Below are positions 54,051 through 64,000 of a DNA stretch of 64,000 nt, in pieces. Under the pieces are notes generated by a model that ran no database searches, was not told the origin of the DNA, and saw only the letters and a list, made by a program, of their open reading frames with translations. A program made the translations under genes and the position numbers. How positions within the stretch are numbered: position 1 is the stretch's first letter; each line of letters starts with the position of its first letter. Source of the stretch: the human T2T-CHM13v2.0 reference genome, Homo sapiens; the NCBI RefSeq assembly GCF_009914755.1, contig NC_060935.1, one strand, 5' to 3'.

Positions 54051-55557
54051 TGTTTTACGGCCATCTATCTACTGAAAAGCTAGTAGCTTTTCAGTGTGTA
54101 CCAAGTACCAGGTACTGTGAAATTTGCTTTACATGAATTATCTCATTCAATCCTCACCTCCAACTATGGGGTAAGCGCTATTATCATCATCATCATTTAA
54201 CAGGCAAAGAAAGTGAGGCTCAGAAGCGTACGTCACCTGGATAGTAGAGGGGGAAGCCAGGATTTGAGCACAGGCATCACTGCATGGCCTCCCTCAAAGA
54301 ACATCATAGATGATTGTTTTAAGTAGCCCCAGAAGTAAACCGGAAAGAAGGATTTGAATGCAGTTTATTTGGGATGTGATCTCAGGGAGCAGTAAGGGGA
54401 TGGGGAAACAAGATGGGGCAGGAAAACAAACAAACAAACAAACAAACAAAAACCAGTACAGATTGCATTAACGAGCACGCCACTGATGCGGGCAGGTGGA
54501 CTTTATCTGCCTGGGGACCTCTGGGAGCTTGGGTAGCTCATGCCTCCATGTAGCCTACATGAGGGGCAGCCCACAGGGGCATTCTTCCAGCAAGTCCCGG
54601 TAACATGGTTGAGGTCAGCTCCTAGAGGGCACAACTCCCTGGCACTTCTGACTTCCCTGGACACTGGGGCTTTCCTAGCAGTCAGAGAAGGCCCCAGGCA
54701 GAGAAGGCCCCAGGAAGAGAGACACAATGCTTGCAGCAAGAGGCACAAGTTGGGGTATATGGATATGGGAGGGACACAGACAGGATTTACTCCCACAGCC
54801 AAGTTTATCTTCTAAAAAAAGGGTGGGGGATATTTTTGATCAATGTCAATATGTTAAAGAAAAACACTTTTCTCCTAATGCAACACTACATATGTCCATC
54901 CTAATTATGGCTGCTCCTCCTTCCTCGCAGCTGGCAGTCCATGGGTGTTGGATGGGAAGGAATTTGTCTTCCTGTGCTCTTCCTCTGGGAAGTTTGCCTT
55001 GGGAGGCCCAGAAGGCCACCTGGGAAGTGAAGCTCTAGGGACCCTTTGCTCAGAAGCCTCCTCTGGGCTGTCTTGGCAGAATACCCAGTCAGGAAGGGTG
55101 TGGCCGTGGTGCCCATGCCCCAAGCCACCTTTGGTCAAGGTTTCCAGGGAGATGAGCTGGTGTTCCTGTGCTCTGCTCCCCTCTCCCCGCCCAGGGCAAC
55201 TTCACAGACTCCTTTTCTCTTTCCACCTCCCTTCAAAACATTCTCCCCACAAAGGAGCTGAAAGCTCAGAGGGTATCATCTTGAGTCCTGGTCTGTTTGT
55301 GACTTTGAAGGAGTTGAGTAGCTAGAGTCCGTTTGCTGAGAAAGCTTTGGTAAACTTTGGTGACAAAACTCCCTGGAGCAGAGGGGGAGCTGTTGGTGGG
55401 TTCTCGGGTGACAGAGCCCAAGCCTCACCCAGGCTAACTGCAGCCTGGGAGCTGTGGAAGGTGGCCGCGGCTCAGCCGGCTCATCCTGCCCTTCATCTCC
55501 CTCAGAGGTGGTCCCAGAACCACCTCTCTGTCCTGCCTCTCCCACCCCAAGGCCCTC

Positions 55558-55819
55558 TTTTTTTTTTTTTTTTTTGAGACTTAGTCTCTGTTGCCCAGGC
55601 TGGAGTGCAGTGGCGCGATCTCAGCTCACTGAAACCTCCACCTCCCGGGTTCTAGCGATTCTCGTGCCTCAGCCTCTTGAGTAGCTGGGATTACAGGCAC
55701 ATACCCCCATGCCCGGCTAATTTTTGTATTTTTAGTAGAGACAGGGTTTCACCATGTTGGCCAGGGTGGTCTTGAACTCCTGACCTGAAGTGATCAGCCC
55801 GCCTCAGCCTCCCAAAGTG
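55558..55819 (-). mobile_element. 5'-truncated AluS
   Basis: TSD caaggccctctt. Confidence 0.9.
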
Positions 55820-57158
55820 GCAAGGCCCTCTTGACCACTCCCTGTTTCTAACCTTTTCTCACACAACACGTCTCCACTTTACCTGCTTTCTTTATTGATG
55901 TGTGTGAACCGCCCGCATGGGGAGGCAGGTGCGGATGTGTCTGCTGAGCACGTGGCCGAGTCCCTGGCACTCTGACCTGGACCTGGCTCACAGGAGCTGG
56001 ACTCTCTAACAGGAGCCTGGGAGTCAGGGGTCCAGGGCTCTGGTCCCGACTGAGCCATGGAATTGCTGAAGGATCTGGAAGTCATTCCTCCTGTGGAGGT
56101 TCAGGTCCCCAGAAGCGAGTCTGAGTAGGAGAATTGTGTGCAGAGCCAGAATTAGGGAGTGCTCTTGGGATTCACACGGTGGGAGAAGAGAGGAGGCAGG
56201 AGTGGTCAGAGGAGCGGTGGGCTGCGGTACAGCTGGCCTCTGCCCAGGTCACTCTGAGGCTGGGGTGGCCTCGAATCTCTGTTGCAAGGGCAGGCCTCCA
56301 GCCCCTAGTCAGTCAGCCTTGGGTGCAGGTGCCTAGGAAGGGGTGCAAGACAGAGGAGGGGCAGCTCTCTCTGTCTGGGGCACACCTAAGGGTTGGGAAA
56401 GAAGTCCCTCAGCCTTGAGGGGATCTGAGTGAGCATCACAGAGCCCACCCACAGCCTTGCGTGCCCTATTTTGGCCCATCCCCCATTGGAGGTGATTGTG
56501 TCTCTCCAGCAAGCTCTCAAGGAACTTGAGAGAGCAAATAGGATAAGAGCATAGGTAAAAGGGTTTTAGAATAAAGGTGCTCCAGGAAACAGTCGATTAC
56601 TCGGAATTAATTAGAGAAAACAGGAGACCAAGTTTGAATTAGAGAATATTCTTAAGGAAAAAGAATTATTTTGCATTCATTTCTGTACTCATCCGGAAAT
56701 ATTTACTGAGCACCTACTATGTGCCTGGTGCAGGGGATGTGGTCCTGGACTTCATGAATGCACTTTCTAAGGAAGGGAACCAGCCACGGGTTATACCTGA
56801 AGGGCAAGGGTAGGAACGAAATTGGTGCTCTGTGCTGTAAGGGGAGATGGGAACCAGAGAATGATTGCATTGAGATCATGAGGAGCTTTCTAAGGAACGC
56901 ACTGAACAGATCTAGGTATTACACCCAAGTCACTTTGTGAGTCACTTGTTAAATATTGCCTTCCATCAACAGAATCATGAGGGACCTGGTGGAGGGCAGG
57001 GGAGAATCTAACAGACCTGGTTTGGATTCCAGCTCCTCAAACCACTGCCTATGGCTTGGGTGGGGGTGGGGTAGGGGGGTGGAGGCATGGTGGTGGGGGT
57101 TATGTGACCTCCTTGGAGCCCCAATTCCCTCATCTGTGAAACTGATAAGAAATCTGTC

Positions 57159-57456
<298 letters not shown>

Positions 57457-58799
57457 CTGCCTTGCAAAGACGCTGTGAGATGAGACATAATGTATATAAA
57501 ATTCCCAGCCTTGTCTCTGGCATGTGGTAGGTGTCCACTACACGTGGCCATTATTGTGCACTCATTCCAAATAATGATGCAATGATTTCATTATCTTCAG
57601 AATCACCTTAGGTTATAAGAAAAAAAAATGCTTTGTGTAGCTATACCATTAAAATCTCTCCCTCACCTTTCTGTCCCATTATCTGCTTTACTTAGACTTG
57701 TTTCAAAATAACTTTTACCTGCTGCTGAGAATGTGTTATTTGCTCGCCTAGGGAGAGGAGACCCAGATGAATGGACTATGGGCTCACACCTCCTCTGGGT
57801 ACAAACAGAAGATGGGAGTGCAGGTTATCCTCTGCCCTGCAACTCCACATATGCTTGACAATGACCTAGCCGGGCTCTGAATCCAGGAATGCTGGGACCA
57901 GACACTGCAACCAGGCTCGGAATAAATTAGCAGTGACCCAGAGTTTGTGGCGTCCGAAAGGACATTTCTCTGTGGATCTTGCCAAGATGTTCATTTCAAA
58001 GAAAGCCCTGGCTTCTTCAGGCTGCCTTTCCCGTCGGCCACATGCTTCCCCTCGTAGGACAATGTTGCACAATTGGTTTCCCAAACAGGGGTCAGGTCCT
58101 GTCCCTTTCCTGTCACCGCCTTGCCCAGCAGAGGGGAAATTGTTCTAAGGGTCTAGATGCGGAGAGCAGGTGGCATGTGTCTGCTGGACGGAGCAGAGGC
58201 TGCTGGGAAATGGCCAGGGGCTCTTCGAGGCCACCAGAGGAGTGGCCCTGGGCAGGGGCAGTATGCCAGGGAGGGCTGGGGAAGGGGACCTTCATATCAC
58301 AGCCTTTAGATCCTCCTGGGTAGAGTTCAGAGCTGGATCCCAGGGACCTTCGAGTTGGAGGGAAACTCGGAGAACTGCAGGGCTAAAAGGGGCACTTAGC
58401 AAATCCACGAGAGGCAGGGTGGCAGGAGACCCAGGTTCCCTCCTGGCTGCACCAGTACCTGGAGTGCTTTCTCCCTTTCTCAGAGCCTCTTTTCCTGTCC
58501 TGAGCATTGGACGCTGCCTCCGCCCCCCTCCCAGTGTGGTTTCAAGGACCATTCAAGATAATGGAAGGCAAAGTGTTTTGAGAAGGGAAGTGTACCTCCA
58601 GTGTGAGAGGTGATGTTAGTTAATGATTAATACCTGGGGGCTGTGTTTCCTGGCAGGAAGCTGGCAGGCAGACAGGGAGAGGAGACCAAAGAGAGAGATG
58701 GGAGAGCCGAGGCCATGGGCTGACGTTCCCAGAAACCCAGCCTGGACCATTTTCTTAGGCAGGATCTGTTGCTGTGGTAGGAGGAGCTGTTCTTCCTTC

Positions 58800-60210
58800 T
58801 CAGTCTGCACAGTGGCTTCTGCCCATTCAGTTGTTTATCTGACAAATAATTATCATGTCTTCTCCCCTCTGCCCTGCCCACCAGGCCCCAGGACAGCACT
58901 GGGCTAAATGCTGAGAATGGGGTTATGAGCAAAATCCGGCTCAGTCTCTGCCCTTGAGGGGCACGGTCTGGTGAGAGGGTACATGGCAAACAGGAAAAGA
59001 GAAATACAAATAGTAGATGATTATCATGATCATTGTCACCATTATTAATATCCAACCGCCTTCTTAACATTTCCCCTTGGATGTCTAAAGACATCTCAGG
59101 CTGGGCGCAGTGGCTCACGCCTGTACTTTGGGCCGGCGGATCACCTGAGGTCAAGAGTTCGAGACCAGCCTGGCCAACATGACGAAAACTCATCTCTATA
59201 AAAATACAAAAATTAGCTGGGCATGGTGGGGAGTATGCCTGTAATCCCACTGAACTCCAGCCTGGGCGACAGAGTGAGACTCTGTCTCAAAAAATATATA
59301 TAATAAACAAACAAATAAATAAATAAAAATAAAGGCATCTCCAACTGAACTCATCCAAAGCCGAGCATTCCATGTCACCCTCCCCAGTCTTATTAAATGG
59401 CATTTATGGGTATCGGAGAGCCAGAGACGTGGGTGCCATTCCTCTTCCCCTTCTCTCACAGCCATCAATTCCTTCAGCAAGCCCCATCATTTCCACCACC
59501 TAAAAGCTCTCTATAAAGGGTACGCTTCTTTCACCAACACTGCCACCCTTCAGGTGACATCATCTCTCATCATGACCATTGCCAGCGCTTCCTAACCTGT
59601 CTCCCTGCTGTCTTTTTCTCCCACCCCACCCCCACCCCCCACCCACTCTTTTTAAAGGAAAATATGATCTTCAAACATAAAACTGGATTCCAGCAACCCT
59701 CTTGCTTACAACCCTTCTCTGGCTTGGCACAGATCTCAGAGTAAGACCCGGGCTTTACATGCTGGTCACGAAGCCCTGGGTTACCTGGCCCTGGCCAGCC
59801 TCACAGACCTCTCCCGGGGCCTCCCTCTGCCCCCTCAGGGTGCTCCAGCCACCCACTGTGGCCATTCTTTGATGACAATGCTGAGCTCTTGCTCACTCCA
59901 GGGCTCTTGCACCTGCTGTCTCCTCTGCCTGGAAAAACTGTTTCCCTGGAACTTTACTGGGCTGGTTTCCTTCTTATTTTCTGGGATCAGCCTAAATGTC
60001 ACTTTCTCAGAGAGGCAATGAAGACCCAGCCCTTCTCTCCACCAAAGGCATCTCAACGTTTGCCTGCATCACATGAGTTTGTCAACTGGGATAATCCTTT
60101 ATTTGCTCATTGGCTGTTTGTCTCCCCCATAAGTGCAGGGAGCTTGTCTACAGGGTTTGCAGTGCAAATTCTAGATTCAGTGTATGAGACACCCCAATAA
60201 ACTTTTGTTA
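58800..60210. mobile_element. L2 remnants containing an internally deleted Alu (59098-59333)
   Basis: L2 motifs (ttggatgtct...catctc, ttgcacctgctgtctcctctgcctggaa, ctcagagagg); Alu flanked by aa(g/gg)catctc-like repeats. Confidence 0.65.
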
Positions 60211-61531
60211 ATGAGATGATGGTGAGTGCTCCCTCACCACCTCCATCCCAGAAGAGGTGAAAGCAAGAGCTCCTTAGAAAGAGCCAGAGACAGTGTGATT
60301 CCAGGACTCTGGAAAGTAAGTTCTAGCAATTCCCCCACTCCAAGTACTGGCATGGTGTGGCACAGCGGGGCCTGGGACCCTGGCTGCTCTCCCCAGTGAC
60401 CTGCCCCCAACCCCCAAGTCTTCTCCAAGAAGAACAAGTGCAATGGATCCTTGACTCCCCTGTCACTGTTGTAGGGACACGCCCATCAGGATTTCCATCC
60501 CTTTGTCCATCCTTCCATCCATCCATTTATTCAACAGATACCTACGGAATCTTCTGAGAACCTGAAGTTAGAAGACCTGGGTCCAGGTGGTGGCCCCTGC
60601 CACCAACCCACTCTGGTAGCTTTGGACAGGTCTCTGCCTCCTTCTGGGCCTCCGTTTGTTCCTTTGGAAAGTGGGAGTGTCTGGACCAGATGGAGGAATT
60701 TCCAGACTCCTCCTTTCAGAAACGGCAGCTTCCGTGGCCCAGGTGGGAAGGTGTGGCGGGGGACGGGGCTGCAGGGTGGCTGACTCAGAGCCTAGGGAAG
60801 CCCCAGTCGCTGCTTCTAGCAAGAAGTTGGCGCTAGGTATCCTTTGGCCTGTGGTCAGTGTCCAGCTGCAGCTGCTGTCTGGGAATGGAGGGAAGCAGGA
60901 CAGGAAGTGGAATCTGGGTCACCAGTCCCCCAAGCCTCCCCCACAGCACCTCCCCCACTCCCTGGCTGGCTCTGCCTCCCTCTGAGCCACAGCGGTCATC
61001 CAGGCCAGGTCCAGTGACTGTTTCTACCCGGTGAAAGGAGGAGGAGGCATCACAGAGCCGGAGACCTGGCCAACTTCCCAACACAGCCCGAATCTCTTCC
61101 CAGTATAATCCAGCGCTCGGGGGGGTCAAGGCCAAGGCAGGGTGGAATCCCGACAGAAGTTGGTCTGTGGCTGGGATGTGGTGGGAACAATAATGTGCGT
61201 TTGGCAGGCAGAGAAGATTTTTCCTTTCGGGCATTTCAGACAATGCTTCTTCCCCCACCCCCCCGCAGGGAATTTTCCTGGGCCAAGAACTGACAGACCC
61301 TGAAAGAATCTGCATGGAAAATGGTTTCAGTCCCAGGGGTTAGAGCTGCTTTTTCCCACCCCCACAGGAAGGATGAATGTCCCTGATGCCCTAGCCTCAG
61401 CTCCACCATGAGGTGGACCCTTTCTTCTGTGAACTTGATCCTCTCACTGGAAAGTCTCCTCTCTGCTTTTAGGGACAGTAGTTTACAAAACTAATTCATA
61501 CTAGGGTGTGAACAACTCACTCCCTGTTAGC

Positions 61532-62428
61532 TGTTAGGGATCTCTGTTCCCCCGCTAGGGGGAACCCTGGCAGGGCCTGCCTGGAGTGCCCACACCACTC
61601 TCCCTTACCCTTCGTGTTACCTCCAAAACACGGGGGTTCGTTTGCCTGGTGAGTAACAAATAACTCTTCATCAGAACTCAGGTTTTGATCAATAGGCGTT
61701 TTATTACTTGGCGCAAGTAAGGAGCTCCCTGGGAATATTCTCCAAAACAGTGTCTTCTAGAGGGAAGGTGACAGGAGGGTGTTACGGAGCCATGGAGAGG
61801 GGAGAGGTTGCATCATCGCATGTAGAAGGGGGTCTCGGTGGCGTAGATGCAGTGAGTCATTTTGCCAGCACACAGGCCGAATGTTAGAATAATAAAGCTA
61901 CAGCTTCTCCCAGGGCAGAGACTTTAGCGTGGTAATAAGGAAAGTTCACTCAGGCTTATCACTAAGCTGCTGGGGTCTGTCAGGGTCTGTCACCTACTTA
62001 AGCAAGCAGGCCACTCGGTTCCACACAGGGTTTAGGAAGAAACAGGCTGCAGGGCAAGAGGCTGCAAAACAGGATGATTGCTCTTAAATTCCTCTAATCC
62101 TAGGAGACCATTTCTGTCTGCTGATTCTCTCTTCTTTTTTTTTTTTTTTTTTTTTTTTTGGAGACAGGGTCTGGGCTGGACTTGAGCTCCTGGGCTCAAG
62201 CAATCCTCTCTCCTCGGCCTCTAGAGTAGCTGGGACTATAGGTACATGCCACCACACCCTTCTCCCCAAACTTCCTACTGCTGTGGTCCTCACCCGCAGC
62301 CAAAAGGCAGGTGTGACAGTGCGAAAGATTGGTCCTCCCTGGGTTCTAACTGGTGAATCACAAACTCGGTTTTCTTCACGGGGAGCTGGTCTAAGGTCAG
62401 ATTCAGCCAAAAGGCAGGGGACTAACAG
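61532..62428. mobile_element. ERV1-like LTR(s) containing an Alu monomer (62126-62258)
   Basis: tgttag...ctaaca termini with LTR-like interior; family uncertain. Confidence 0.4.
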
Positions 62429-63572
62429 TGGCGTTTAGGGCATGTGCAGGCTGCAGACTTTGTGGCCAGGCCTCAAGCTGCTGTGTGGGGAGGCTCAGCG
62501 CTGGGTTCAGCTCTGCCGCTCATCAGCTGTGTGGCCTTGGACCAGTCACTTTACCTCTCTGAGCCTCAGTTTTCTCACCTGTGAGATGATGACGATCTGG
62601 CCTGGCAATGATGCCACAGAGTCAACAGAAGAGGAACAGGGGAAGGTCTGGGTGAGAGGTGGGTTGCAGACAGTCGGAGCCCTCCACGGATCTCCCCTCC
62701 CCCGCCTGCCTTCCTGCCTAGGCTTGGCCAGATGGTGGGAGCTGGGAAATGCAACAGAGCTGCACGCTCCTGGTCTATTTTGAGAAGCCTCCTGTTTCCT
62801 TTCCTGCCTGGGGCCATGTGGTTACTGCAGGTCTCTGCTTACAGGACAGGCTCAGAGGGCCTGACCTTGGCCTTCCTCTGCCCCTCACTCCCAGCCCTTC
62901 CCTTCCTCGTGGTCTGGACCCCATAAATCCCCATATCCTGGTTCCCAGCCCAGGCACCATGGCCCCCACCCAGCAGGGGTGGAGATCAGGCTTTCACAGG
63001 GGATTTGGGGCAGAGGACTTTCCACTTCTCTGCACTATGGAGGAGCCAGTGAGCTGTCCCACCACATCCAGGTCCCTTTGCTGCAGAGCCTTGCTGTTGG
63101 TGGCTGCCAGCATCTCCAGCTTACTGCAGGGGTTGGGGGTGGAGTCTTCCACACTCTCCACACAGCTTCCTCCAGAGCCTCCTCAGGGTCCTGCAGAGAG
63201 AAAGGGCCACCCAGAACGCTGGCGGCCCCGCCAAGAGGTCAGGCAGCCCCTGGCTTGTGGCCTGCCTTGTCTGAGTTCCAGGTCAGCAGAGGAAGTGGTG
63301 GCCCCACATGCTGTCAGTCGCCATGCCAGAAACTTAGCAGCCACCCATGATTCCTCCCTCTCCCTTACTCCTCCCTTCCCAGAGCCCTGACCCCAGCATG
63401 CCTGGCTTTGAGTCCCACCTCTATCACTTACCAGATCTGTAACCTCTCACCTCTCTGTGCCTTAATTTACTTGCCTGTGAAGTGGAGATCAGGAGAGCAC
63501 CTACCTACTTCATTGGTTTGTGGGGAAGAGATAATAGTTAACACTGACAGAGTGCTTAGGACGTTGCCTGGC

Positions 63573-63930
63573 TATCTTAGTCCGTTCTGCTGCTGCAACA
63601 AAATACCTTAGACTGGGTAATTTATAAATCATAGTAATTTATGTCTCATTGTTCTGGAGGCTGGGAAGTCCAACATCAAGATACAAACAGATTTAGTGTC
63701 TGGTAAGGGCCTGTTTTCTGTGGGTCATAGATGGTGCCTTCTTACCGTTTCCTCGCGAGGTAGAAGGGAAGAATTCTCATCTCTTCAGCCCCTTCTGAGG
63801 GCTCTAATCCCATTCATGAAGTGGAACCCTCATGCCTTAATACCCCCTAAAAGCCCCTCCTCTTAATACTATCACATTGGTGATTAAGTTTCAACATATG
63901 AATTTGGGGAGATGCATTTAGACCATAGCT
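63573..63930 (-). mobile_element. MLT1A/MST-type MaLR solo LTR inserted in a MIR
   Basis: tatcttagtcc...gaccatagc; perfect 5-bp TSD ctggc at 63568-63572 and 63931-63935. Confidence 0.87.
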
Positions 63931-64000
63931 CTGGCACATAGCAACTGCTCAATTAATGCTAGGTCTTGTTATCAAATTGGTCAACACATTCCACCCACTC

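Noticed and set aside
62749-63390. 213-aa ORF in non-repeat DNA
   Set aside because: No recognisable domain, promoter, splice or poly(A) support; similar-length ORFs occur in overlapping frames

Overview
Human/primate genomic DNA, dense in Alu, L1, L2, MIR and LTR repeats. The only supportable protein-coding gene is an intronless CpG-island gene whose 122-aa product (16255-16623, +) I recognise as C11orf96 (chr11p11.2; locus and neighbours recalled, not verified here). It has a TATA box, a CRE-like site, an upstream (TG)n(CG)n Z-DNA tract, a 3'UTR with AU-rich elements and miR-19 seed sites, an AATAAA signal and a strong CTCF motif ~1 kb downstream. Nearly all other ORFs are Alu-derived or GC-rich artefacts. 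No prokaryote-type system (CRISPR, defence island) is present. The best candidate for undescribed biology is the C11orf96 protein itself, which reads as a string of short linear motifs: a PP2A-B56 LxxIxE-type site, an acidic class I PDZ tail (-DSDSAL) and a cryptic MGICSS acylation signal at Met9. This suggests a small phosphatase/PDZ adaptor (inference only). Structural highlights are a five-level nest of retroelements at 28.4-32.8 kb resolved by target-site duplications, a candidate L1 3' transduction, two dispersed ~50-bp microduplications, a perfect 29-bp VNTR and a fold-back Alu junction. Repeat subfamily names are recalled from consensus sequences and need RepeatMasker/Dfam confirmation; repeat boundaries are approximate unless a TSD is quoted.
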